DNA of 64,000 nucleotides from an uncultured Thermoleophilia bacterium (GTDB lineage Bacteria; Actinomycetota; Thermoleophilia; Gaiellales; Gaiellaceae). The notes beneath the pieces were generated by a model. The model was not told where the DNA came from. It worked only from the letters and a program-made list of their open reading frames with translations, and searched no databases. Numbering within the stretch: the stretch's first letter is position 1; each line of letters opens with the position of its first letter. The DNA lies in the NCBI GenBank assembly GCA_963826245.1, contig CAWGWM010000003.1, forward strand, positions 99,194 through 163,193, given 5' to 3'. Of this stretch, positions 28,781 to 38,444 are shown piece by piece. The position numbers were made by a program, and so were the translations under genes.

Positions 28781-29821
28781 ATGACAACGCGAAGGGCTCG
28801 ATGGGCGATCGCCGGAGCGGTTGGGGCCGCTGTCGCACTGCTCGCGGCGAGCTGTGGCTCGAGCGACAACGGAGCCTCGGGGACGACGGACAGCACACCC
28901 ACCGGCATCAAGGTGGGGCTGATCACCGACCTCGGGCAGCTCAACGACAACGGCTTCAACGAGCTCGCCTACAACGGCCTCAAGCGCGCCGAGAGCGAGC
29001 TCGGAGTCCAGGGTCGCGTGATCCAGTCGAAGTCGGCAGCGGATTACATCCCCAACATGACCACGCTCGCGCGCCAGGGCTACGACCTGATCATCGGCGT
29101 CGGCTACGCGCAGGGAGACGCGATCGCGAGTGCTGCGAAGGCCTTCCCCGACACGAAGTTCGCGATCGTGGACGTCGACCAGGCGACACTCAAGGGGACG
29201 CCGGCGAACGTCGAGGGCCTGCTCTTCCGCGAGGAGCAGGTCGGCTATCTCGTCGGGTACCTCGCGGCGCTCTCGGCCAAGCGCGCCGGCGGGAACGTGA
29301 TCAGCGCCGTCGGCGGCTACAAGGAGCCTCCCGTCGACCGCTACATCGCCGGGTACAAGGCCGGTGCCACCGCCGCAGTCCCCGGAATCGTCGTCAAGTG
29401 GGGATACTCGCAGGACTGGGACGACCTGGCGAAGTGCAAGGAGCTGGCTCTCGACCAGATTTCCGCAGGCTCGAACGTCGTCTTCCAGGTCGCGGGGGGC
29501 TGCGGTCTCGGGGCGCTCCTCGCGGCGAAGCAGAACAAGGTCTGGGGCATCGGCGTCGATGCCGACCAGTCGTTTCTCGGCCCACACGTGCTGACGAGCG
29601 GGCTCAAGGGGGTCGACAGTGCGGTCTTCCTGACGGCCAAGGCCGTCGAGGACGGGACGTTCGCCGGTGGTGGGAACGCCGTCTTCGGCCTCAACGAGGA
29701 GGGGGTCGGACTCGGGACGTTCAGTCCGGACGCCAACGCCGACGACATCGCGAAGACCAAAGACGTCGAGCAGCAGGTCGCCGACGGGACGGTCGACGGC
29801 ATCCCGACGACCGTCGGGTAG
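28781..29821 (+). CDS. BMP-family ABC substrate-binding lipoprotein (PnrA/TmpC-like, probably nucleoside-binding)
   Basis: Lipobox LLAASC, plus DLGQLNDNGFNELAYNG, FREEQVGYLVG, VFQVAGGCGLG and WGIGVDADQ. Confidence 0.93.
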   Translation: MTTRRARWAIAGAVGAAVALLAASCGSSDNGASGTTDSTPTGIKVGLITDLGQLNDNGFNELAYNGLKRAESELGVQGRVIQSKSAADYIPNMTTLARQGYDLIIGVGYAQGDAIASAAKAFPDTKFAIVDVDQATLKGTPANVEGLLFREEQVGYLVGYLAALSAKRAGGNVISAVGGYKEPPVDRYIAGYKAGATAAVPGIVVKWGYSQDWDDLAKCKELALDQISAGSNVVFQVAGGCGLGALLAAKQNKVWGIGVDADQSFLGPHVLTSGLKGVDSAVFLTAKAVEDGTFAGGGNAVFGLNEEGVGLGTFSPDANADDIAKTKDVEQQVADGTVDGIPTTVG

Positions 29822-29835
29822 CGGCCGCTGACGTG

Positions 29836-29862
29836 GGGTGCGGGCTCGACGAGCCCGCACCC
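29836..29862. terminator. Bidirectional terminator-like hairpin
   Basis: Perfect 12-bp stem GGGTGCGGGCTC-GAC-GAGCCCGCACCC between convergent genes. Confidence 0.7.
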
Positions 29863-29875
29863 AGCAGCCGTTCCG

Positions 29876-30946
29876 TCAGGCGGTGCGCACCGAGTGGACG
29901 GGTGGCAGGTGATCGGCGACCGGAGCCCAGGTTTCGCCCGCGTCGGCCGATCCGAAGACGTCGCCCGACGTGGCGCCGAAGTAGAGCTCGAGATCGCCTC
30001 CGGCGCCGGCCGAGTCGAACGCCTCCCGAAGCACCGTCAGGTACGCATCGCGTGGCGGAAGCCCGTCGCCCCTCGGCGTCCACGTCGCTCCCGCATCGCG
30101 CGTCTCCCAGACCCGCACCGTTCCTCCAGGCGTCGTCCGGTCCTCGGCGCCGATCAGCGGGATCACGTACGCGCTGTCGGGGTCTGCGGGGTCGACGACG
30201 ATCGGGAATCCGAAGTCCGACGGGAGAGCCGTCCCGCTACCGATATCGAGCCACGAGGCGCCCGCGTCGTCCGAGCGGTAGACGCCGCCGTGGAACTGCA
30301 TGAACAGGCGCTCCGGGCGTGCCGGCGAGCGGCGCACGTTGTGCACGCAGCGCCCGAGCGGCTGGTCGCGCGACTCCTCGGGGAGATAGGCCGGGTCGAT
30401 GCCGGAGTTCGAGTGGCGCCATGTCGCCCCGCGGTCGTCCGACAGCCACACGCCGACGGCCGAGACGCAGACCATCAGCCGGTCGGGGTCGCCCGGCCAG
30501 GGGACGATCGTGTGCAGGCAGAGCCCTCCTCCGCCGGGCGTCCAGTCGGGCCGCGTCGGGTGATCCCAGAGGCCGCGATTCAGCTCCCAGGTCAGCCCGC
30601 CGTCGTGGCTCTCGAACAGGCAGCCGGGATCGCCTCCTGCGTACAGCGTCCCGTCGGCCTCACCTGCACCGATCACCCAGATCCGGGCGAGGGAGGCGTC
30701 TCCTTCCTCCGGGAGCGTGACGCCGGAGGTCTCCTGCCACTCTCCGGCGGGGTCGTCGGCGACCCAGATCCGGCCGCCGTAGAACCACGAGGTCACCGAG
30801 GCCAGGTAGCGGCCCGAGCGAGAATCGCGCATGGCGTATTCGACCGACTGCCCCGGGAAGGCGCGCGCCCTGACCTCGAAGCCGCCCCCGACGTCACCGT
30901 CGAGAACGAACAGCCCTTTCTTCGTCCCCACCAGGATCTCCGTCAT
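29876..30946 (-). CDS. BNR/Asp-box beta-propeller protein (WD40/YVTN/sialidase-like)
   Basis: Repeated SxDGGxTW motifs (SHDGGLTW, SDDRGATW, SDDAGASW, TRDAGATW, SADAGETW), starting MTEILVGTKKGLFVL. Confidence 0.9.
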   Translation of the reverse strand: MTEILVGTKKGLFVLDGDVGGGFEVRARAFPGQSVEYAMRDSRSGRYLASVTSWFYGGRIWVADDPAGEWQETSGVTLPEEGDASLARIWVIGAGEADGTLYAGGDPGCLFESHDGGLTWELNRGLWDHPTRPDWTPGGGGLCLHTIVPWPGDPDRLMVCVSAVGVWLSDDRGATWRHSNSGIDPAYLPEESRDQPLGRCVHNVRRSPARPERLFMQFHGGVYRSDDAGASWLDIGSGTALPSDFGFPIVVDPADPDSAYVIPLIGAEDRTTPGGTVRVWETRDAGATWTPRGDGLPPRDAYLTVLREAFDSAGAGGDLELYFGATSGDVFGSADAGETWAPVADHLPPVHSVRTA

Positions 30947-30947
30947 C

Positions 30948-31205
30948 TCATCCTCCTGTGATCGCCGGCAGGACGTGGATCCGGTCGGAGGCGCCGACCT
31001 CCGTCTTTCCCTGCGCGAGTTGACCGTTGACATAGACGTTGACGTGCTCGCGGATCATCCGGCGCTCGTCGAGCACCCACCCGGAAATCGCGGGGGAGCG
31101 AGCTTCCAAAGCGATCAGCGCCTCCTTCACGGTGCTCCCCTCGAGGTCGAGCTCGCGGGCTCCGGCGAGCTCGGAGAGCGGTGCGCGGAGCAGAACGAGC
31201 GCCAT
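30948..31205 (-). CDS. MoaD/ThiS-family ubiquitin-like protein
   Basis: 85 aa beta-grasp-like sequence with HVNVYVNG and C-terminal LPAITGG. Confidence 0.9.
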   Translation of the reverse strand: MALVLLRAPLSELAGARELDLEGSTVKEALIALEARSPAISGWVLDERRMIREHVNVYVNGQLAQGKTEVGASDRIHVLPAITGG

Positions 31206-31297
31206 CGCGGAATCCTATCGCCCCGCCTATGGGATGAGAAAGAGGCGCCCGCTCGTTACAAAGCGGTACTACATGTTCTCGACGAGGAGGAGGTCAC

Positions 31298-31702
31298 ATG
31301 GCTCATCTTTCCGATGCGCAGCGCACATTCATCGACGCCAACCCGCACGTCGGCACCGCCACGACGTTGAGGGCGGATGGGTCGCCCCATTCCACCGTTG
31401 TCTGGGTCGACACCGACGGAGACGTCCTGCAGTTCAACACGGCGCGGGGGCGTGCCAAGGAGCGTCACATCCTGCGCGATCCACGTGTCGCCGTGACGAT
31501 CATCGATCCACAGGATCCGTTTCGCTGGGTCGGCGTCAGCGGTGCGGCGGAGCTCGTCGACGAGGGTGCAGACGCGCATATCGACAGGCTTGCGAAGAAG
31601 TACCTCGGCGCTGACAGTTACCCGTTTCGAAGCGCCGACGAGCAACGCGTGACGGTCAGAATCGCGATCGACAAGGTGGACGGGATCGGCATCGACCAGT
31701 AG
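31298..31702 (+). CDS. PPOX-class F420-dependent oxidoreductase
   Basis: ATTLRADGSPHSTVVW, KERHILRDPRVAV and IDRLAKKYLG...YP...RVTVRI. Confidence 0.92.
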   Translation: MAHLSDAQRTFIDANPHVGTATTLRADGSPHSTVVWVDTDGDVLQFNTARGRAKERHILRDPRVAVTIIDPQDPFRWVGVSGAAELVDEGADAHIDRLAKKYLGADSYPFRSADEQRVTVRIAIDKVDGIGIDQ

Positions 31703-31714
31703 TGGGCTGGAGCC

Positions 31715-32926
31715 CTACGGGGTGAGCTCGAGCACTCCGTAGGGCGCGCCGTAGTCGGCGAGCTTGTCGAGGAACGGCCGCGGAGGAAATGCCTCCGGGC
31801 CGAGCACTCCGGCGCCGCTCCACGCTCCGTCCGCGAGGAGCTCGAGAGCGCACGCGGGGTTGAGCGCGGTCTGCCAGACGACCGCCTGCGAACCGTACTC
31901 GCGCATCGACCACTCGTTGTCGACGACGTGGTAGAGGTACGTCTTCCGCGGCTTCCCGTCCTTGCCGATCCCGGTGACGAGCGTCCCGGCGCACGTCTTG
32001 CCGGTCATCCGGTCACCGAGCGTCGCGGGGTCGGGGAGGATCGCGGCGATCACGTCCCGCGGGGCAACCTCGACCCCCTTCACCCGCACCTTCTCCTTCG
32101 AGTCGAGCCCGAGGAGGTGGATCGTCTTGAGGATGTCGATGAACTCGTTCCCGAGCCCGTACTTGAACGTGACGCGCTTGCAGTCGACCCAGCGCGGCAC
32201 GAGCAGTACCTCCTCGTGCTCCACGTTGACGCACTCGACGGGGCCGATTCCCTCGGGGAAGTCGAACGTCTCCGGCTCGGAGAACGGTTCCGTCGTGAAC
32301 CAGCCGCGGCCCTTCTCCCAGATCGCGGGAGGATTGAGGCACTCCTCGATCGTGGTCCAGATCGAGAACGTGGGAGCGAACGCGTATCCCTCGACCACGA
32401 GGTTGGCGCCGTCGCGCACCCCCACCTCGTCGATCTCGGAGAAGAGCTCGTCGGCAGCGTGGCGCGCGAAGACATCGGCGGCGCCCGGCTCGATGCCCAT
32501 CCCGACGAGCGCGAGCTGGCCCTTCGCCTCCCAGGCGCCCGCCCGCTCGAACTGGTAGTCACCGAGCTTGACGCCGCTCTTCTCGAACGGATGCGTCGGG
32601 TGCGGCTCGGACAGCGTCATCGCCATGTCCAGGTAGGTGACGTCCGCGTCGAAGCAGGCGTTGAAGATCGGGACGTTGAAGATCGGATCGACGGCGTTCA
32701 GAACGTGCGTCGCGGCTGTGGCCTGGATCAGCTCGGCGACCGATTCCTGCGCCGAGGCGTCGACGCGATGGGCGCTGAAGCGCGCGTCACCGAGCGACGA
32801 GACGACGGCCTCGGAGCGAGCTGCGTCGTAGTCGGCAAGTGCGCAGTTTTCGAAGAACGAGCGCCGCTCGATGATGCGGGCGAACGCGGCGCCGACGCCA
32901 CCCGTCCCGACGACGAGGATTCTCAT
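31715..32926 (-). CDS. Saccharopine dehydrogenase-like oxidoreductase (carboxy(nor)spermidine dehydrogenase-related)
   Basis: MRILVVGTGGVG, VLNAVDP, YLDMAM, GMGIEPG, WTTIEEC and VNVEHEEV. Confidence 0.85.
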   Translation of the reverse strand: MRILVVGTGGVGAAFARIIERRSFFENCALADYDAARSEAVVSSLGDARFSAHRVDASAQESVAELIQATAATHVLNAVDPIFNVPIFNACFDADVTYLDMAMTLSEPHPTHPFEKSGVKLGDYQFERAGAWEAKGQLALVGMGIEPGAADVFARHAADELFSEIDEVGVRDGANLVVEGYAFAPTFSIWTTIEECLNPPAIWEKGRGWFTTEPFSEPETFDFPEGIGPVECVNVEHEEVLLVPRWVDCKRVTFKYGLGNEFIDILKTIHLLGLDSKEKVRVKGVEVAPRDVIAAILPDPATLGDRMTGKTCAGTLVTGIGKDGKPRKTYLYHVVDNEWSMREYGSQAVVWQTALNPACALELLADGAWSGAGVLGPEAFPPRPFLDKLADYGAPYGVLELTP

Positions 32927-33043
32927 GAGATGGTTCTACCTGAACGAGTTGTGTCGGGGTGCGACGCGCGGCCCGGTGAGGAGCGCGAATCCCGGTGATA
33001 CGCTCGCGCGACCAGAGATGTTCGTCCCCGGGAGGAGTCAGAA

Positions 33044-34489
33044 ATGAGCGTTGCCGCGAGCCAGCACAAGATGTTCATCGGCGGTGAGTTCGTCGATTCG
33101 TCGACCGGCGAGACCATGGAGGTTCTCAACCCCGCGACCGGCGAGGTGATCGCGGAGGTACCGCGCGGTAGCGCCGACGACGTCGAGCGTGCCGTCTCGG
33201 CGGCGAAGGCGGCGTGGGACGAGTGGCGCTTCAAGACCCCCAAGGACCGGATGGAGCTGCTCCTCGCGCTGGCCGACGTGATCGAGGAGAACGCCGAGGA
33301 GCTGGCGCGACTCGAGTCGCTGAACGTCGGCAAGCCGTGGTGGGTTGCGGTCGACGAGCCCGGGATCATGGTCGACAACCTGCGCTTCTTCGCGGGCGCC
33401 GCGCGGAACCTCGAGGGCAAGGCGGCCGCCGAGTACGTCGAGGGCTACACCTCGATGGTGCGCCGGGAGCCGCTCGGCATCGTCGCGGGGATCTGCCCGT
33501 GGAACTATCCACTCTTCATGGCGGTGTGGAAGATGGGCCCCGCGCTCGCCGCCGGCAACGTCCAGATCCTCAAGCCTGCCGAGCAGACACCGTTGACGAC
33601 GCTCCGTTTCGTCGAGCTGGCCCAGGAGGTGCTCCCGCCCGGCGTCCTCCAGGTGGTCACGGGTGACGGCGTGCCGGTCGGCGACGCTCTCGTGCGTCAT
33701 CCGGCGATCTCGCTCGTCTCGCTCACCGGTGACACGGCGACCGGGAAGCTGATCGCGAAGAACGCCGCCGACACGGTCAAGCACGTTCACCTCGAGCTCG
33801 GAGGGAAGGCTCCGATGGTCGTCCTCGACGACGCCGATCCCGCGGCGGTGGCCGAGGCGATCAAGATCGGCGGCTTCTTCAACTCGGGCCAGGACTGCAC
33901 CGCGTCCTCGCGCATCCTCGTCGACGAGCGGATCTACGACGACGTCGTGGCTCGCACCGTCGACGCGGTCGGGTCGTTGACGGTCGGCGATCCGGGCAGC
34001 GACGACGAGATCGGGATGGGGCCGGTGATCTCCGCCGAGCAACAGGAGCGGGTGCTCGGGTTCCTCGAGCGCGCCGTCGACGCGAAGGCATCCGTCCTCA
34101 CGGGCGGGGGGTCGGTCGGCAACCGCGGGTACTTCGTCAAGCCGACGATCGTCGCCGACGTGGAGCAGGACGCCGAGATCGTCCAGAGCGAGGTCTTCGG
34201 GCCGGTCGTCACGATGCAGCGGTTCTCGTCGGACGAGGCAGCGGTCGCCATGGCGAACGACGTCCGCTACGGGCTCGCCTCCTCGGTCTTCTCGGAGAAC
34301 GTCGGGCGCGCGCTGAAGGTCGCGGCCAGGCTCGACTTCGGATGTGTCTGGATCAACGAGCACCTCTTCCCGCTGACGCCCGAGATGCCGCACGGTGGCT
34401 TCAAGGAGTCGGGCTACGGCAAGGACATGTCCGCGTACTCGATGGAGGAGTACACGCGGGTCAAGCACGTCTGCGTGAAGCTCGCGTAG
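33044..34489 (+). CDS. Aminobutyraldehyde dehydrogenase (ALDH family)
   Basis: PWNYPL, LKPAEQTP, LELGGKAP, FNSGQDCTA, EVFGPV and PHGGFKESGYGKDMS, in a polyamine gene context. Confidence 0.9.
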   Translation: MSVAASQHKMFIGGEFVDSSTGETMEVLNPATGEVIAEVPRGSADDVERAVSAAKAAWDEWRFKTPKDRMELLLALADVIEENAEELARLESLNVGKPWWVAVDEPGIMVDNLRFFAGAARNLEGKAAAEYVEGYTSMVRREPLGIVAGICPWNYPLFMAVWKMGPALAAGNVQILKPAEQTPLTTLRFVELAQEVLPPGVLQVVTGDGVPVGDALVRHPAISLVSLTGDTATGKLIAKNAADTVKHVHLELGGKAPMVVLDDADPAAVAEAIKIGGFFNSGQDCTASSRILVDERIYDDVVARTVDAVGSLTVGDPGSDDEIGMGPVISAEQQERVLGFLERAVDAKASVLTGGGSVGNRGYFVKPTIVADVEQDAEIVQSEVFGPVVTMQRFSSDEAAVAMANDVRYGLASSVFSENVGRALKVAARLDFGCVWINEHLFPLTPEMPHGGFKESGYGKDMSAYSMEEYTRVKHVCVKLA

Positions 34490-34639
34490 CCCGGGTTCTC
34501 GCGGCGGAACAACGATACCGCTCGAATCCGGGCTACCCGAGCTTCCGATGTTTCTTGCGCGCTGCGCGCGATCCGTGGTGGAAGAGTCTTCGTCTCTACC
34601 CCGAGCTTCGGCTTTTTTTCGCGCTGCACGCGCTGCTCG

Positions 34640-35245
34640 TTGCATGACGAACCGCACCGGGCATTGACGAATCGCGCCGTCGATGATATGCAACTCCTCG
34701 CGTTGCGTGGCGCACCTCTCACGAATGGCGACCAGACCGAGATCGGTGATCGCGGCCCTGTCCGTCGCGCCCGGAGGCTCGATGCGGTCGACCGTGGCAT
34801 CATCGAGGCGCTCCAGCGCAACGGCCGCCAGTCGTTTCGGCGCATCGCGGCGACACTCGGCGTGTCCGAGGCGACGGTCCGCGCCCGCTATCGCCGGCTC
34901 TGCGCCGACAACATCCTGCAGGTCACCGGGATCACGAACCCGCTCGGGCTCGGGTTCGAAGCCCAGGCGATGGTCGGGATCAGGACGGCGGGGCCGCCCG
35001 AGCGGGTCGCCGACGAGATCGCACGCTGGGACGAGGCCGAGTACGTGGTCGTCACCGCCGGCCGGTTCGACGTGCTCGCGGAGGTCCTCTGTCGGGACCG
35101 TCGCTCCCTGCTCGATGTCACGAACCGGATTCGTGCTCTCCCGGACGTGATCACGACCGAGAGCTTCCTCTACCTCGAGCTGTGGAAGCAGCTCTACGAC
35201 TGGGGGGCCAGGGTTCCGGAGTCAGCCGCGAAGGAGGCGTCATGA
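34640..35245 (+). CDS. Lrp/AsnC-family regulator
   Basis: LDAVDRGIIEALQRNGRQSFRRIAATLGVSEATVRAR and VVVTAGRFDV. The true start may be later. Confidence 0.9.
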   Translation: MHDEPHRALTNRAVDDMQLLALRGAPLTNGDQTEIGDRGPVRRARRLDAVDRGIIEALQRNGRQSFRRIAATLGVSEATVRARYRRLCADNILQVTGITNPLGLGFEAQAMVGIRTAGPPERVADEIARWDEAEYVVVTAGRFDVLAEVLCRDRRSLLDVTNRIRALPDVITTESFLYLELWKQLYDWGARVPESAAKEAS

Positions 35246-35270
35246 GTGTTCTGGTGCGAGGCACCAACTG

Positions 35271-36392
35271 ATGGGCACGGTGGAGCCCGGCGCTCCTGCC
35301 GGGGCTGCATCCGGGGCGGCGACGTCGGTCCCGATCGACGTCCGGTTGGAGAACGTCGTCAAGCGGTTCGGCGAGACGGTCGTGGCGGTCGACGGTGTCA
35401 GCGTCGAGATCCCGCACGGCTCGTTCTTCGCGATGCTCGGCCCGTCGGGATGCGGGAAGACGACGACCCTGCGGATGATCGGTGGCTTCGAAGAGCCGAC
35501 CGAGGGCTCGATCTATCTCGGTGACAAGGACGTCGTCGGCCTGCCGCCCTACAAGCGCGACGTCAACACGGTCTTCCAGAGCTACGCGCTCTTCCCGCAC
35601 ATGACGATCTTCGACAACGTCGCCTTCGGGCTCGAGCGCCGCGGAGTCGACAAGAAGGAGATCAAGGGGCGCGTGCTCGAGATCCTCGAGCTCGTCGACC
35701 TGAAGGGGAGGGAGAGCGGGAAGCCGAAGCAGCTCTCGGGCGGTCAGCAGCAGCGGGTCGCACTCGCGCGCGCTCTCGTCAACACGCCCCGCGTGCTCCT
35801 CCTCGACGAGCCGCTCGGCGCCCTCGACATGAAGCTCCGCAAGCAGATGCAGCTCGAGCTGAAGCGGATCCAGGCCGAGGTGGGAATCACGTTCGTCCAC
35901 GTCACGCACGACCAGGAAGAGGCGATGACGATGGCCGACACGATCGCCGTCATGAACGCGGGAAAGATCGAGCAGCTCGGCTCGCCGACCGAGCTGTACG
36001 AGCGGCCGAAGACGGCCTTCGTCGCGAACTTCCTCGGGACATCGAACCTGCTCGACGGCACCGTCGAAGGTCAGGGCACGGTGCGCCTCGACGACGGCAC
36101 GCTCGTCTCGGTCGACACGGACGGTGCGAGCGGGCCGATCTCCGTGGGAGTCCGGCCCGAGAAGGTGACGCTCGGCAACGAGCATGCCAACACGCTCGCC
36201 GGAAGGGTGAAGGAATCGGCCTACATCGGCGTCGCGACGCACGTCGTCGTGACGACCGCCGTCGGCGACGTGTCCGTGTTCCATCAGAACAGCGAAACCG
36301 GCGGGCTCGTGCCTGCGCCGGGAGACAGCGTCAACGTGAGCTGGCGGGCCGATTCCGGCTTCGTCGTACAACGGGGGGAGGCACCCACATGA
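35271..36392 (+). CDS. potA: Polyamine ABC transporter ATP-binding protein
   Basis: GPSGCGKTT, RDVNTVFQSYALFPHM, LSGGQQQRVALARAL and LLDEPLGALD. Confidence 0.92.
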   Translation: MGTVEPGAPAGAASGAATSVPIDVRLENVVKRFGETVVAVDGVSVEIPHGSFFAMLGPSGCGKTTTLRMIGGFEEPTEGSIYLGDKDVVGLPPYKRDVNTVFQSYALFPHMTIFDNVAFGLERRGVDKKEIKGRVLEILELVDLKGRESGKPKQLSGGQQQRVALARALVNTPRVLLLDEPLGALDMKLRKQMQLELKRIQAEVGITFVHVTHDQEEAMTMADTIAVMNAGKIEQLGSPTELYERPKTAFVANFLGTSNLLDGTVEGQGTVRLDDGTLVSVDTDGASGPISVGVRPEKVTLGNEHANTLAGRVKESAYIGVATHVVVTTAVGDVSVFHQNSETGGLVPAPGDSVNVSWRADSGFVVQRGEAPT

Positions 36393-37534
36393 CATCGCGC
36401 TATACACGTCGAGAGATCGTTCAACGCGGCGCCGCAGGCGTCACGATCCTCTCGCTGCCCGGGCTGCTCGCAGCCTGCGGAGGCGGCGGAGGAGGGAGCT
36501 CGAGCGGCGAGGTCAACGACGTCCTCAACTTCTCGAACTGGCCGCTATACATCGACGTCGACGAGGAGACCAAGGCGCGACCCACGCTCGACGCCTTCAC
36601 GGCCGACACCGGCATCAAGGTCAACTACTTCGAGGACATCAACGACAACGCGACCTTCTTCGCCAAGATCCAGGGGCCCCTCAGTCAGGGCAAGGGCGTC
36701 GGGCGGGACATCATCGTGCTGACCGACAACTCGCGGTTCCCCGCGCTCCTTGTCGCGAAGGACTGGCTGGAGCCGCTCGACAAGGACAAGATCCCGAACA
36801 TCTCGAACCTCATCGACGCACAGGCGAGCCCGCCCTTCGACCCCGATCGGACATACTCGTTGCCGTGGCAGTCGGGCATCACGGGCATCGCGTGGAACGA
36901 GGACGTGACCGGGCCTGTGACCTCGATCGATCAGCTTCTCAACGAGCCCAAGCTGAAGGGCAAGGTCACCATGCTCACGGAGCTCGCCGACTCCGTGGGA
37001 CTGACGATCCTCTCGAACGGCGGCGACCCGTCCGACTTCACCGCCGACGAGTTCGGCGAGGCGGTCGATACGATCCAGAAGGCCGTCGACAGCGGTCAGA
37101 TCCGCCAGTTCACGGGCAATGACTACGCCCAGCCGCTGACCAAGGGCGACATCGCCGCCGCCGTCGCATGGTCGGGCGACATCGTGCAGTTGCTCGCCGA
37201 CAACCCGAAGCTCAGGTGGGCGATCCCGGAGGCCGGCGGCATGATCTGGACGGACAACATGCTGATCCCGCAGGGCGGCAGCGCGGCGACCGCTTCGACG
37301 TACATGAACTCGGTCTACGACCCGGCCGTCGCAGCGCAGATCGCCGCCTACGTCAACTACGTGACGCCGGTCAAGGGAGCGAGGGAGGAGCTCGCGAAGA
37401 CCGATCCCGAGACCGCGAACAACACGTTGATCTTCCCCACCGACGACATGCTCTCGTCGGTGCACCAGTTCAGCTCGGAGGCGCTCGAGGACGAGGAGTA
37501 CCAGGACACCTGGCAGAAGGTGCTCGGCGCCTGA
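36389..37534 (+). CDS. potD: Polyamine ABC transporter substrate-binding lipoprotein (PotD/PotF-like)
   Basis: Tat-like RRE and lipobox LLAAC, plus LNFSNWPLYID, PWQSGITGIAWN, WSGDI and IWTDNMLIP. Confidence 0.88.
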   Translation: MTSRYTRREIVQRGAAGVTILSLPGLLAACGGGGGGSSSGEVNDVLNFSNWPLYIDVDEETKARPTLDAFTADTGIKVNYFEDINDNATFFAKIQGPLSQGKGVGRDIIVLTDNSRFPALLVAKDWLEPLDKDKIPNISNLIDAQASPPFDPDRTYSLPWQSGITGIAWNEDVTGPVTSIDQLLNEPKLKGKVTMLTELADSVGLTILSNGGDPSDFTADEFGEAVDTIQKAVDSGQIRQFTGNDYAQPLTKGDIAAAVAWSGDIVQLLADNPKLRWAIPEAGGMIWTDNMLIPQGGSAATASTYMNSVYDPAVAAQIAAYVNYVTPVKGAREELAKTDPETANNTLIFPTDDMLSSVHQFSSEALEDEEYQDTWQKVLGA

Positions 37535-37544
37535 TGACGGAGAC

Positions 37545-37574
37545 GGCCCGGGCGGGGAGCTCTCCGCCCGGGCC
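37545..37574 (+). promoter_or_regulatory. Intra-operon mRNA hairpin after the substrate-binding gene
   Basis: 11-bp stem GGCCCGGGCGG-N8-CCGCCCGGGCC. Confidence 0.55.
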
Positions 37575-37586
37575 CGATGCACCCCG

Positions 37587-38444
37587 ATGACGATCTTCCA
37601 TCGACACCGCTGGCTCGCTCCGATGCTCCTGCTCCTGCCGGGGCTCGCCTGGCTCGCCGTGTTCTTCGCCGTCCCGCTCGGGTTCCTCGGCTACCAGTCG
37701 CTGCAGTCCGGCTCGTTCCTGAGCGGGTACTCGTTCACCTGGTCGTTCAGCAACTACACCGACGCGATCTCCGAGTACAGCGACCAGTTCATCCGGTCGT
37801 TCGTCTACGCCGGCATTGCGACGATCCTCTGCCTCCTGATCGCCTACCCGCTCGTCTACTGGATCGCGTTCCGCGGCGGGCGCTGGAAGAACCTCTTCCT
37901 CGTCGTCATCGTCGCTCCGTTCTTCGTCTCGTACCTCGTGCGGACGCTCGCGTGGCTCAACATCCTCGCCGACGAGGGCCCGGTGGTCGGCGTCCTCCGG
38001 TGGCTCCATATCCTCGCGCCGGACGGCCGCCTGCTGGCCACGGGCTTCGCGGTCGTCGCGGGGATCACCTACAACTTCCTGCCGTTCATGGCGCTCCCGC
38101 TGTACGTCTCGCTCGAACAGCTCGACGTTCGGCTCCTCGAGGCGGCCGGCGACCTGTACGCCAGCAAGCGTGCCGCCTTCATGCGCGTGACGCTGCCGCT
38201 GTCGGCGCCGGGGATCGTCGCCGGCACGTTGCTCACGTTCATCCCGGCCGCCGGTGACTTCATCAACGCGCAGCTTCTCGGGACGCCGCAGCAGAAGATG
38301 ATCGGGAACGTGATCCAGTCGCAGTACCTGGAGCGGATCAACTATCCGTCCGCGGCGGCGCTCTCGTTCATCCTCATGGCGATGATCCTCGTCGCGCTCG
38401 GGTTCTACGCCAAGGTCGTCGGCACGGAGAAGCTGACCGGATGA
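37587..38444 (+). CDS. potB: Polyamine ABC transporter permease
   Basis: TM segments, YNFLPFMALPLY...LLEAAGDLYAS (EAA loop) and MIGNVIQ. Confidence 0.9.
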   Translation: MTIFHRHRWLAPMLLLLPGLAWLAVFFAVPLGFLGYQSLQSGSFLSGYSFTWSFSNYTDAISEYSDQFIRSFVYAGIATILCLLIAYPLVYWIAFRGGRWKNLFLVVIVAPFFVSYLVRTLAWLNILADEGPVVGVLRWLHILAPDGRLLATGFAVVAGITYNFLPFMALPLYVSLEQLDVRLLEAAGDLYASKRAAFMRVTLPLSAPGIVAGTLLTFIPAAGDFINAQLLGTPQQKMIGNVIQSQYLERINYPSAAALSFILMAMILVALGFYAKVVGTEKLTG

